Source: a virus
Lineage: Duplodnaviria > Heunggongvirae > Uroviricota > Caudoviricetes
DNA: 34,883 nucleotides
Reading direction: 5' to 3' (one strand)
Virus record (IMG/VR): IMGVR_UViG_2706794664_000015
Of the stretch, positions 1 to 8,879 are shown piece after piece (position 1 is the first letter of the stretch; the number at the start of each line of letters is the position of its first letter). The translations under genes and the position numbers were made by a program. Below the pieces are notes generated by a model, which was given only the letters and a program-made list of their open reading frames with translations, had not been told where the DNA came from and did no database searches.

Positions 1-1011
1 TTATAACGTCACTCCGCCTTTTAGTGGATTCAGAGCGACGGCATTTTGCAGATAGTCAGGCGCAAGGTGCGCATAGGCCATCGTCTGCTGAATGCTCGCA
101 TGTCCCAGAATCTGTTGCAGTGCGATTATATTGCCCCCATTCATCATGAAATGGCTTGCGAATGTATGCCGCAGGATGTGGGTTGCCTGATTGGGTGGTA
201 TATCAGGTTTCACTCTGCGTAAAATCCCGCAAAATTTCTCATAATCAACTTTGAATAATTTGGCGCTGGCCTCCTCTTTAACTTTTTTCTCCAGTTCCTC
301 AGAAATCGGCACGGTTCGCTTTTTACCGTTTTTGGTTTTCAGGAAGGTAACCCTGCAATTTGTAATCTGTGCTGGTTTTAGCGTGGCAACTTTCGTCCAT
401 CTTCCTCCAGTGCTCAGACATAAAAGCGCGACAAGTAAGTCATCACCAGCCAAAACATTTAACAGTTTTTCGATTTCTGCTTTTTCCAGGAACGTCATTT
501 CAGGGTTGGCCTCCGCCAGTGGCGGCAGTCCGTGAATTGGGTGTTGCCCGGAAAATTCATCCAATTGAATTAATTTTGTGAACATGCCGGATAATCTGTA
601 CATGTCACGGTTTATCGTTGCGGCACTGATACCATCACGTAGTCGCATGGAACGATAATCCATCAAAGCCCTTTTGCTCATCCTGCTCACTGGTATATCA
701 CCTATGCCGCTGATGGTTTTGAGTAGATGATTAAACTCTTTTGTTCCATGCTCGTGGTTTTGCCCGTGATATTTCCACCAGATGTCCAGCAACTCACTCA
801 AAGTCCGGCGGTCTGCTCGCTGGCCTCCCCATTCTTTCTGACTGGCATTGGCGATTGTGTATCGCTCAAATGCTAGTGCTTCAGCTTTTCTTTCGAATTT
901 CCTGCGGATGCGTTTTCCGTCGCGACCGCGAGGTCTAATGTCCACTTCATAGCGACCATCATCGAGCTTCTTAATTGCCATAAGAAAGCCCTCCGGCGCT
1001 GTATTCACCAT
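1..1011 (-). CDS. int: Tyrosine recombinase / phage integrase (P2 Int-like)
   Basis: 336-aa ORF ending at window position 1; C-terminal HxxR...Y catalytic region (LRHTFASH ... MAYAHL); first gene of a P2-type immunity region, followed by C and cox. Confidence 0.93.
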   Translation of the reverse strand: MVNTAPEGFLMAIKKLDDGRYEVDIRPRGRDGKRIRRKFERKAEALAFERYTIANASQKEWGGQRADRRTLSELLDIWWKYHGQNHEHGTKEFNHLLKTISGIGDIPVSRMSKRALMDYRSMRLRDGISAATINRDMYRLSGMFTKLIQLDEFSGQHPIHGLPPLAEANPEMTFLEKAEIEKLLNVLAGDDLLVALLCLSTGGRWTKVATLKPAQITNCRVTFLKTKNGKKRTVPISEELEKKVKEEASAKLFKVDYEKFCGILRRVKPDIPPNQATHILRHTFASHFMMNGGNIIALQQILGHASIQQTMAYAHLAPDYLQNAVALNPLKGGVTL

Positions 1012-1050
1012 CTTGGTAGCAAATGGTGAAAATGTAATCTTTATATAGAG

Positions 1051-1344
1051 TTAGCCAATCCTTTTCGCGGAGTGGTTGGACTCTGTTGACTCTGGCCCAA
1101 TGTGCGCGAGAGCCGGTGCGATTTGTCCTGCGTCCGGCGCGGTTTTATCTGTCATAAGCCATAGAGCATATTTTTGGAATGTGGGATGCATAGTGATTTT
1201 TAGCAAAGCTGTGCCACCGGGTTCAAAGTTTCCTCCTTCATATTTTTTAAGTGTGCTTAGCGGTAACTCTATGATTTCACAGAATTTTGATTGGCTTAGC
1301 CCTTCAGCCTCACGCAAGGCCTTAATCTTTTCGCTTAATTTCAT
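1051..1344 (-). CDS. C: Immunity repressor (P2 C-like)
   Basis: 97-aa ORF between int and divergent cox; C-terminal segment FQKYALWLMTDKTAPDAGQIAPALAHIG resembles P2 C repressor as I recall it; N-terminal HTH-like region. Confidence 0.82.
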   Translation of the reverse strand: MKLSEKIKALREAEGLSQSKFCEIIELPLSTLKKYEGGNFEPGGTALLKITMHPTFQKYALWLMTDKTAPDAGQIAPALAHIGPESTESNHSAKRIG

Positions 1345-1465
1345 TTGACATGGTGCCTATATAGGGACTAAATTCCCTCAAAACTGGAACCTATATAGGT
1401 TCCATTGATTTGAGAATAAACCAGCGTCTAAACGGTTTTGAGTGGTTTAGAAAGGGCTGGATCCT
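1345..1465. promoter_or_regulatory. Divergent early promoter/operator region (Pc/Pe) between C and cox
   Basis: 121-bp intergenic region between divergent C and cox; contains CCTATATAGG twice (1356-1365 and 1390-1399), the second inside a perfect 20-bp palindrome TGGAACCTATATAGGTTCCA (1385-1404). Confidence 0.5.
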
Positions 1466-1753
1466 ATGAGGGTACCATATATGGACGCTGAAAATTATGT
1501 GATTCAGTATCCGCTTGATGCGGTTCATGTGGATAAATTTGCTGATTTATTAGGGAAGCCAAAGACAGCCGTCAGTGAAATGGTGAAGGCAAATAAATTA
1601 CCAATTATTGAATTGCGTGATCCTTGCAAACCGAAGGCTCGTGCCGGTGAAAAATGGGTTTTCATTCCTGAGTTTAATCGCGCTGTACGTGAGGCGTTTT
1701 ATAACCGACCGGTTGAACAGCGTGATGCATGGCTTTTGTGGATGGGGTTGTGA
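1466..1753 (+). CDS. cox: Cox-like excisionase / transcriptional regulator
   Basis: 95-aa ORF divergent from C; similar to P2 Cox as recalled (GEKWVFIPEFN ... RDAWLLWMGL); expected position. Confidence 0.8.
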   Translation: MRVPYMDAENYVIQYPLDAVHVDKFADLLGKPKTAVSEMVKANKLPIIELRDPCKPKARAGEKWVFIPEFNRAVREAFYNRPVEQRDAWLLWMGL

Positions 1754-1755
1754 TT

Positions 1756-1926
1756 ATGAATGAGCCGCGTTGTATTGCTCAGTTATTGCGTAACGAAAGC
1801 CCTAGGGCGATTGACTTCACCATCACCCACGGGAAGGGTCGCAAGGGAATCATTATCCGCACCAAAAAACAGAGTCCGTTAAAAAAGGCTCTGACCTTTC
1901 TGAAAAGCCGGAGGGTCTGGAAATGA
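1756..1926 (+). CDS. Small hypothetical early-region protein
   Basis: ATG at 1756 immediately after cox stop; 56 aa, basic; sits where P2 has a small ORF between cox and B. Confidence 0.45.
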   Translation: MNEPRCIAQLLRNESPRAIDFTITHGKGRKGIIIRTKKQSPLKKALTFLKSRRVWK

Positions 1927-2423
1927 CAGTGATGACGCTCAATCTCGTCGAAAAACAGCCAGCAGCTATGCGCCGGATAATTGGTAAGCATCTTGCCGTC
2001 CCTCGTTGGCAGGATACATGTGATTATTATAATCAGATGATGGAGCGCGAACGGCTAACAGTTTGCTTTCATGCGCAGTTAAAACAACGTCACGCAACGA
2101 TGCGTTTTGAAGAAATGAACGACGTCGAACGTGAACGGCTGGTTTGTGCAATTGATGAATTGCGTGGGGCATTCTCAAAACGCCGTCAGGTTGGCGCAAG
2201 TGAGTATGCATATATTAGTTTTTTAACAGTCAGTCAGCGTCGTACTTTATTTATGCATGCCGGATTGACTGAAAAAGAATTCAATCAGCCATACTGGCGA
2301 ATTAATGAAGAGTCATGTTACTGGCGTGATGCTTTATTCCGTGCATTACGTGAACTATTCAGTCTGTTTGAGTATGCACCGACAATTCTGACGTCGGTAA
2401 AACCAGAGCAATATTTGCATTAA
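1923..2423 (+). CDS. B: Replication protein B (helicase-loader-like, P2 B)
   Basis: 166-aa ORF overlapping the upstream stop (ATGA); length and sequence match my recollection of P2 gpB; synteny cox-B-A. Confidence 0.85.
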   Translation: MTVMTLNLVEKQPAAMRRIIGKHLAVPRWQDTCDYYNQMMERERLTVCFHAQLKQRHATMRFEEMNDVERERLVCAIDELRGAFSKRRQVGASEYAYISFLTVSQRRTLFMHAGLTEKEFNQPYWRINEESCYWRDALFRALRELFSLFEYAPTILTSVKPEQYLH

Positions 2424-2486
2424 ATAATTAACCAGAGTTTTTAACGCACTTAATTGTGCGGGGCTTCTTTTTGCCTGGAGAAAGTC

Positions 2487-2681
2487 ATGCATACAGTTTC
2501 TGAAAATCAGTGCGGTAAATACGCATTACTGCTGCAACAGGCCAGAACCGAAGCACAGGCCGACGCTGCGACGCGCTTTTCTTCTCATCTTGACGCCATG
2601 ATTCGCCATATCACAAAGGCGGAGTTATCCCGCGTGGAGTGCTTTGATGTCCTGTTCTCATTCAGTTGTATTACTGAATAA
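2487..2681 (+). CDS. Small hypothetical protein (P2 orf80-like position)
   Basis: ATG at 2487 preceded by GGAG 6 nt upstream; 64 aa; between B and A as in P2. Confidence 0.5.
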   Translation: MHTVSENQCGKYALLLQQARTEAQADAATRFSSHLDAMIRHITKAELSRVECFDVLFSFSCITE

Positions 2682-2700
2682 CGCCTTAAAAATCGCCGTT

Positions 2701-2946
2701 ATGAAAAATGGCGACTTGTCTCTTATTCAACTTTGTCTTGATAAAGAAAAACGCGACATCACTGAATCTGTTATCGCGATTTATCAGAATGAATTAAACC
2801 TCCTGTCTGATGTGGTCAATTTACTTGTTAAACGCGCTGTATTCCACAAGCAAATTTCCTCAGTGGATGAACTGACAAAATTAACGACAGAACTTGCCAG
2901 TTATTGCGCTGATGTATCCAGGAAACTTAACGATAAAAGGAGCTGA
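2701..2946 (+). CDS. Small hypothetical protein (P2 orf81-like position)
   Basis: 81-aa ORF from ATG 2701 (alternative upstream starts at 2644/2647); early-region synteny. Confidence 0.5.
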   Translation: MKNGDLSLIQLCLDKEKRDITESVIAIYQNELNLLSDVVNLLVKRAVFHKQISSVDELTKLTTELASYCADVSRKLNDKRS

Positions 2947-2948
2947 TA

Positions 2949-3173
2949 ATGCCGGACAACATAGATTTTATTCAGGAACAACAGGCTGAATTACTGGAGC
3001 GCCAGATTAACGCGGCAAGGGTAAAACATTGCGGTGCTTCTGCGCTGGTTTGCGAAGAGTGTGACGCGCCAATTCCTGCTGCCCGTCGTGCGGCTTATCC
3101 GTCAGCCACGCGTTGTGTTTCCTGTCAGTCAGTCTTTGAAGCAAAAAACAAACATTACCGGAGAACGGCATGA
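2949..3173 (+). CDS. DksA/TraR-type C4 zinc-finger protein (P2 orf82-like)
   Basis: 74 aa with CEEC ... CVSC cysteine pairs; overlaps the downstream start (3170). Confidence 0.65.
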   Translation: MPDNIDFIQEQQAELLERQINAARVKHCGASALVCEECDAPIPAARRAAYPSATRCVSCQSVFEAKNKHYRRTA

Positions 3174-3445
3174 GTATTCGTATTGAAATTGGCGAACGTT
3201 ATGTCGTTACCAGTGACAGCTTCCAGTTTATTCTCCACGAGAAAAAGAGAGCGGAAAGCGGTAAAAACGCCGGTCAGGAATGGCTGGCGGTGGTTGGTTA
3301 TTACCCGAAATTAAGCCAGCTCGTTTCCGGCCTGATGCATCACGATATTCTGACCGGAAGCGCAAAGTCTTTTGCTGATTTAAACGCGCAGGTTGAGCAA
3401 CTCAGCAAGCGTTGTTCAGAGGCTTTTGGCTCATATGGCCGTTAA
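3170..3445 (+). CDS. Small hypothetical protein (P2 orf83-like position)
   Basis: 91-aa ORF, overlapping neighbours on both sides, directly upstream of A. Confidence 0.5.
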   Translation: MSIRIEIGERYVVTSDSFQFILHEKKRAESGKNAGQEWLAVVGYYPKLSQLVSGLMHHDILTGSAKSFADLNAQVEQLSKRCSEAFGSYGR

Positions 3446-5501
3446 AGCCTCCGGGCGTTTTGTCCCTCCGTCAGCATTTGCTGCAGGCACCGGTAAGGCG
3501 TTTACCGGTGCTTATGCATGGAACGCGCCACGCGAGGCTGTCGGGCGCGAAAGACCCCTTACACGTGACGAGATGCGTCAGGTGCAAGGTGTTTTATCCA
3601 CGATTAACCGCCTGCCTTACTTTTTGCGCTCGCTGTTTACGTCACGCTATGACTACATCCGGCGCAATAAAAGCCCGGTGCACGGGTTTTATTTCCTCAC
3701 ATCCACTTTTCAGCGTCGTTTATGGCCGCGCATTGAGCGTGTGAATCAGCGCCATGAAATGAACACCGACGCGTCGATGCTGTTTCTGGCTGAGCGTGAC
3801 CACTATGCGCGCCTGCCGGGAATGAATGACAAGGAGCTGAAAAAGTTTGCCGCCCGTATCTCATCGCAGCTTTTCATGATGTATGAGGAACTCAGCGATG
3901 CCTGGGTGGATGCGCATGGCGAAAAAGAATCGCTGTTTACGGATGAGGCGCAGGCTCACCTCTATGGTCATGTTGCTGGCGCTGCACGTGCTTTCAATAT
4001 TTCCCCTCTCTACTGGAAAAAATACCGTAAAGGACAGATGACCACGAGGCAGGCATATTCTGCCATTGCCCGTCTGTTTAACGATGAGTGGTGGATTAGT
4101 CAGCTTAAAGGCCAGCGTATGCGCTGGCATGAGGCGTTACTGATTGCTGTCGGGGAGGTCAATAAAGACCGTTCTCCTTATGCCAGTAAACATGCCATTC
4201 GTGATGTGCGTGCACGCCGCCAGGCAAATCTGGAATTTCTTAAATCGTGTGATCTCGAAAACAGGGAAACAGGCGAGCGCATCGACCTTATCAGTAAGGT
4301 GATGGGCAGTATTTCTAATCCTGAAATTCGCCGGATGGAGCTGATGAACACCATTGCCGGTATTGAGCGTTACGCCGCCGCAGAAGGTGATGTGGGGATG
4401 TTTATCACGCTGACCGCGCCGTCAAAGTATCACCCGACACGTCAGGTTGGAAAAGGCGAAAGTAAAACCGTCCAGCTAAATCACGGCTGGAACGATGAGG
4501 CATTTAATCCAAAGGATGCGCAGCGTTATCTCTGCCGTATCTGGAGCCTGATGCGCACGGCATTCAAGGATAATGATTTACAGGTCTACGGTTTGCGAGT
4601 CGTCGAGCCACACCACGACGGAACGCCGCACTGGCATATGATGCTTTTTTGTAATCCACGCCAGCGTAACCAGATTATCGAAATCATGCGTCGCTACGCG
4701 CTCAAAGAGGATGGCGACGAAAGAGGAGCTGCGCGAAACCGTTTTCAGGCAAAACATCTTAATCGGGGCGGTGCTGCGGGGTATATCGCGAAATACATCT
4801 CAAAAAATATCGACGGCTATGCACTGGATGGGCAGCTCGATAACGATAGCGGCAGACCGCTGAAAGATACTGCCGCGGCTGTTACCGCATGGGCGTCAAC
4901 GTGGCGCATTCCGCAATTTAAAACGGTTGGCCTGCCGACAATGGGGGCTTACCGTGAACTACGCAAATTGCCTCGCGGCGTCAGCATTGCTGATGAGTTT
5001 GACGAGCGCGTCGAGGCTGCACGCGCCGCCGCAGACAGTGGTGATTTTGCGCTGTATATCAGCGCGCAGGGTGGGGCAAATGTCCCGCGCGATTGTCAGA
5101 CTGTCAGGGTCGCCCGTAGTCCGTCGGATGAAGTTAACGAGTACGAGGAAGAAGTCGAGAGAGTGGTCGGCATTTACGCGCCGCATCTCGGCGCGCGTCA
5201 TATTCATATCACCAGAACGACGGACTGGCGCATTGTTCCGAAAGTGCCGGTCGTTGAGCCTTTGACTTTAAAAAGCGGCATCGCCGCGCCTCGGAGTCCT
5301 GTCAATAACTGTGGAAAGCTCACTGGTGGTGATACTTCGTTACCGGCTCCCACACCTTCTGAGCACGCCGCAGCAGTGCTTAATCTGGTAGATGACGGTG
5401 TTATCGAATGGAATGACCCGGAGGTTGTGAGGGCGCTCAGAGGTGCATTAAAACACGGACTGAGAAGACCAACCGTCAGCAAAGAAACGGAAGCCCGTTA
5501 A
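3435..5501 (+). CDS. A: Rolling-circle replication initiator A (P2 gpA-like), apparently truncated at the C-terminus by a frameshift
   Basis: ATG at 3435 (MAVKASGRF...) matches P2 gpA N-terminus as recalled; 688 aa here versus about 761 aa for gpA; homology appears to continue in another frame in ORF 5549..5731. Confidence 0.85.
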   Translation: MAVKASGRFVPPSAFAAGTGKAFTGAYAWNAPREAVGRERPLTRDEMRQVQGVLSTINRLPYFLRSLFTSRYDYIRRNKSPVHGFYFLTSTFQRRLWPRIERVNQRHEMNTDASMLFLAERDHYARLPGMNDKELKKFAARISSQLFMMYEELSDAWVDAHGEKESLFTDEAQAHLYGHVAGAARAFNISPLYWKKYRKGQMTTRQAYSAIARLFNDEWWISQLKGQRMRWHEALLIAVGEVNKDRSPYASKHAIRDVRARRQANLEFLKSCDLENRETGERIDLISKVMGSISNPEIRRMELMNTIAGIERYAAAEGDVGMFITLTAPSKYHPTRQVGKGESKTVQLNHGWNDEAFNPKDAQRYLCRIWSLMRTAFKDNDLQVYGLRVVEPHHDGTPHWHMMLFCNPRQRNQIIEIMRRYALKEDGDERGAARNRFQAKHLNRGGAAGYIAKYISKNIDGYALDGQLDNDSGRPLKDTAAAVTAWASTWRIPQFKTVGLPTMGAYRELRKLPRGVSIADEFDERVEAARAAADSGDFALYISAQGGANVPRDCQTVRVARSPSDEVNEYEEEVERVVGIYAPHLGARHIHITRTTDWRIVPKVPVVEPLTLKSGIAAPRSPVNNCGKLTGGDTSLPAPTPSEHAAAVLNLVDDGVIEWNDPEVVRALRGALKHGLRRPTVSKETEAR

Positions 5502-5548
5502 AACCGCATGAAATAGCGCCATCGGCCAGACTGACCCGGTCGGAACGA

Positions 5549-5731
5549 ATGCAAATTACCCGTATCCGCGTTGACCTTGCTCAGAACGGTATCAGGCCGC
5601 AGCGATGGGAGCTTGAGGTGCTGGCGCGTGGGGCAACCGTAAATTATGACGGGAAAAAATTCACTTACCCGCTCGCTGATGAGTGGTCGGGATTCTCAAC
5701 AGTATTAGAGTCAAACTCAGTGAAGCGTTAA
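5549..5731 (+). pseudogene. A: Out-of-frame 3' remnant of gene A
   Basis: 60-aa ORF in a different frame directly downstream of A; its reading frame continues upstream without stop to about 5453, overlapping the A frame; combined span 3435..5731 gives about 764 codons, the canonical gpA length. Confidence 0.6.
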
Positions 5732-5817
5732 CTCAATAAATATGAGTTTATAAGTTAGGCCTCGAGATTTTGTAGAAAGGGATGTATACTGAGTATCGTA
5801 TAGATTTGGAGTGAGTG

Positions 5818-6840
5818 ATGACTGTAAAGGTGATAGACCTTTTTTGTGGTGCTGGCGGATTAACTCATGGTTTGCAGCTTGCGGGGCTTGATGTCGTTGC
5901 AGGCATTGACCTTGAGGGGGAATGTAGGTTTCCCTATGAAAGAAACAATAAATCTAAGTTTATTGAGCAAGATATCGCTAAAGTAACAAAAGAGGAACTG
6001 CTGAGGCTTTATGGTGATGCGTCTGTAAAAGTATTGGCAGGATGCGCACCTTGCCAACCTTTTTCAAAATATACTCAAGGAAAAGATAAGGCTGATGATA
6101 AAAAATGGCCTCTTCTTTATGAGTTCGAACGTTTAATTCGCGAAGTATCTCCAGAAATCGTAACAATGGAGAACGTTCCTGATGTAACTAAACATAAAGT
6201 TTATAATGATTTTTATAATTCATTGTTAAAGTTGGGCTATTATGTTTGGGCGTCTAAGATTGATTGTGTCGAATATGGAATCCCACAAAACCGTTCCCGT
6301 CATGTATTGTTGGCCTCAAAATTGGGGGCGATTGAGTTAGTAAAACGTGACGATGTTATTTTGAAAACAGTTAGAGATGCAATAGGAAATCTTCCTCCAT
6401 TAGAAGATGGCCAAACAGATCCAAATGATATATTACATAGAGCCAGTAAATTAAATCCGATTAATAAAAAAAGAATTATACACTCTGTTCCTGGTGGTAC
6501 ATGGAAGGACTGGCCGAAAGAGTTGGTTGCCGCTTGTCATATGAAATCCAGCGGTAAAGGGTATGCTAGTGTATATGGGCGCATGTCTTGGGATAAGCCA
6601 AGTCCAACAATTACAACTCTTTGTTATGGTTTCGGGAATGGGCGTTTTGGACATCCAGAACAGCATAGAGCGATTTCTCTTAGAGAGGCTGCTTTATTGC
6701 AAACTTTCCCGATGGATTATATTTTTGTAGAAGACAAAAACAAGTTTGTTATAAGAAGTATTGGGAAAATGATAGGTAATGCTGTTCCTGTGGAACTAGG
6801 AAAAGCAATTGGGCAATCAATCAAGAACCATTTAGAATGA
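5818..6840 (+). CDS. DNA (cytosine-5)-methyltransferase
   Basis: Motif I FCGAGG, motif IV PCQPFS, motif VI ENV, motif VIII QNRSRHV; ATG at 5818 with GGAG 6 nt upstream; AT-rich relative to the phage backbone; lies in the tin/old slot. Confidence 0.9.
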   Translation: MTVKVIDLFCGAGGLTHGLQLAGLDVVAGIDLEGECRFPYERNNKSKFIEQDIAKVTKEELLRLYGDASVKVLAGCAPCQPFSKYTQGKDKADDKKWPLLYEFERLIREVSPEIVTMENVPDVTKHKVYNDFYNSLLKLGYYVWASKIDCVEYGIPQNRSRHVLLASKLGAIELVKRDDVILKTVRDAIGNLPPLEDGQTDPNDILHRASKLNPINKKRIIHSVPGGTWKDWPKELVAACHMKSSGKGYASVYGRMSWDKPSPTITTLCYGFGNGRFGHPEQHRAISLREAALLQTFPMDYIFVEDKNKFVIRSIGKMIGNAVPVELGKAIGQSIKNHLE

Positions 6841-6846
6841 TAAAAT

Positions 6847-6863
6847 GGCCTGCTTTACAGGCC
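6847..6863. terminator. Bidirectional stem-loop between convergent genes
   Basis: GGCCTG (6847-6852) / CAGGCC (6858-6863) stem with 5-nt loop, flanked by A/T runs, in the 29-bp gap between the MTase stop and the HEPN-like gene stop. Confidence 0.5.
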
Positions 6864-6869
6864 TTATAA

Positions 6870-7550
6870 CTATTGTTCTAAATATTCATTATTATTTATA
6901 TAGTGCTCTATATTATTCACGATAGCATCAAGATAGGCGATTACTTCTAATGAAATATTCTCTAAGTCCTGATATGAAACATTTTTTCCAATCTCAGCAA
7001 ATGATACATTGCCATGAGATAAATCATTACGATGTTGTTTAACAGTGGCTAATTTTTCACCATGTTTAGTGTGAGTGTAATCGGAATGTGTAGAAAAACC
7101 ATATATTTTCGATTTTTCTTTGATTTCCTCTCTATCAATATTTCCTGAGAATATTTTCTTTTTGTTGAACGTGCCATAAGATATACCGCAAGATATACCT
7201 TTGGTAAGGTGATTAACTAAACTTTCAACATTTACAGATTCATTTTTTAATCTTTTTAATATTTCTGACCTGAGATTTTTCCTGAGTTTGTCAAATTCTA
7301 CGTTTCTATCATAAATAGTCTCATGAATAAGGCAGATAGCTTCTCTCATTGTTGATTCAATGAGGTTATATAACAGTATATATACTGCTCCCTTTAGAGT
7401 TTTTCGTGATTGAGCAGTAATGGAGAACTTATGTTCTTTATCATCAGCTGATATCAGTTCTGCACCGGCATACTCAATAAATTTCAAAAGATCCAAATAG
7501 GCCAAGATCTCTCCTGACCTTTCGTCAAAATCCTCACGAAAACGATCCAT
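6870..7550 (-). CDS. HEPN-like protein (Rx4H motif), second gene of a two-gene cargo operon
   Basis: 226-aa ORF; ATG (7548-7550) lies 1 nt from the upstream gene's stop (7552-7554); C-terminal KQHRNDLSHG fits the HEPN Rx4-6H motif; AT-rich. Confidence 0.65.
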   Translation of the reverse strand: MDRFREDFDERSGEILAYLDLLKFIEYAGAELISADDKEHKFSITAQSRKTLKGAVYILLYNLIESTMREAICLIHETIYDRNVEFDKLRKNLRSEILKRLKNESVNVESLVNHLTKGISCGISYGTFNKKKIFSGNIDREEIKEKSKIYGFSTHSDYTHTKHGEKLATVKQHRNDLSHGNVSFAEIGKNVSYQDLENISLEVIAYLDAIVNNIEHYINNNEYLEQ

Positions 7551-7551
7551 G

Positions 7552-8694
7552 TTAATCCTCTAATAATTTATCCCGAACATATTCAATTCGTTCAATTACC
7601 TTCACGCGACTATTAGCTCCGTCGGAAGTGGTCAATCGTTTGAATTCTTCTGAGCTTAGCCAATCTAAGTTCTTGGGAACAAGGTCAGGGACTTCACGTA
7701 ATGCAAGTGCTGCGCCAACAGCGAGAGATTCGAATCTAACTCGAGGTGTAGATTTTGCAGTAATAGTTTTCTTGAATCCTGCTGGGAAATAGTTTTCAAC
7801 AAAAGATAGAACATTAGCAAACTCTTGTTTCATTGAGTTTTGTTTAGTTTCGTCTATATCTCGATTTTCTGACATATAGTCATTTAGAAAATCCCGTACG
7901 GAATGATCAAAGTTCTTGTACTTATCTACGTAGGCAAAGAATCTTAATGTAAATTCTAACCGTTCATCTCGTTTTTCTTTAGTCTGAGATAAAGGTGCTA
8001 ATTCTTTAAATTTAGGTATTGTTGAGCATGGCTTAATAACCTGTGTATATAAATTTGTTGAACCAAGTTCTGATCCTTTACGGACTTCCATATCTTTCAA
8101 TATATCGCTGCCAGAGTTAATACGCTCAAAAAGATCTCTACGGGTTTCTTCATTGCATTTAGAACTCAATTCTATAACGCGGACAGGAATTCTCATGAAA
8201 CGACGTTGACGTGATAATGGTAAATCTTGGAATTTGAAACCATTAAGGACGTCTAAAGATTTCAGGTCTTGTAAAACTAATTCATTTTGGATAAAAGCGT
8301 GTATAGTCCTAACTCGTTGTGAGCCATCAACAATCTCAATTCGCCCATCTAAATCGGGATCTTCGGAGAGAACATCTGCTATAAATATATATGGTATAGG
8401 AAAACCCAAAATCAAAGACTCTATCAATTTTGATTGTCTTTTTTCACTCCAAACAAAATCCCTTTGATAATCAGGAACAAAGAGTTCGTTAGTATCATCC
8501 TCTAATCCGTTATGATACTTATTAACTAATAACTCAACGGTAAATTCTTTGGTCTCAAAATCCACATCCTTTTGCTCAGCACGAATTTGCTCTTCAGCGT
8601 TTTGCTTTATCACCTCTAGCTGAGCAAGCAACTCTGCTCTTTTCTTGGCATTATCTTCATTTTCTAGTTGAGATTTTAAATCAATAATGTCCAT
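7552..8694 (-). CDS. DUF262 / ParB-like (GmrS-type N-terminal domain) protein, first gene of the cargo operon
   Basis: 380 aa from ATG 8692-8694 (AAGGGA RBS upstream; ORF track extends to a TTG at 8712); PDYQRDFVW and DGSQR motifs characteristic of DUF262; AT-rich. Confidence 0.8.
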   Translation of the reverse strand: MDIIDLKSQLENEDNAKKRAELLAQLEVIKQNAEEQIRAEQKDVDFETKEFTVELLVNKYHNGLEDDTNELFVPDYQRDFVWSEKRQSKLIESLILGFPIPYIFIADVLSEDPDLDGRIEIVDGSQRVRTIHAFIQNELVLQDLKSLDVLNGFKFQDLPLSRQRRFMRIPVRVIELSSKCNEETRRDLFERINSGSDILKDMEVRKGSELGSTNLYTQVIKPCSTIPKFKELAPLSQTKEKRDERLEFTLRFFAYVDKYKNFDHSVRDFLNDYMSENRDIDETKQNSMKQEFANVLSFVENYFPAGFKKTITAKSTPRVRFESLAVGAALALREVPDLVPKNLDWLSSEEFKRLTTSDGANSRVKVIERIEYVRDKLLED

Positions 8695-8879
8695 GTCTAG
8701 TTCCCTTAACAAGTGTTAAAAATTGAAGCGGATAGCATACCGCATAGATCATGAAAAATGCCATCATGTGCATGGATTTGCATGCGTCAGAAGTCGCTTT
8801 TATTGTTAGTTATCACTAGCGCTGGCGTGCTCTTGGAGTGTTCATGCAACTGCATTAAAACCGCCCCATGAAGCGGGCG

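Noticed and set aside
8712-8712. TTG start for the DUF262 gene (ORF track start 8712)
   Set aside because: An in-frame ATG at 8692-8694 with an AAGGGA RBS is the more plausible start; the TTG extension adds 6 codons without an RBS.
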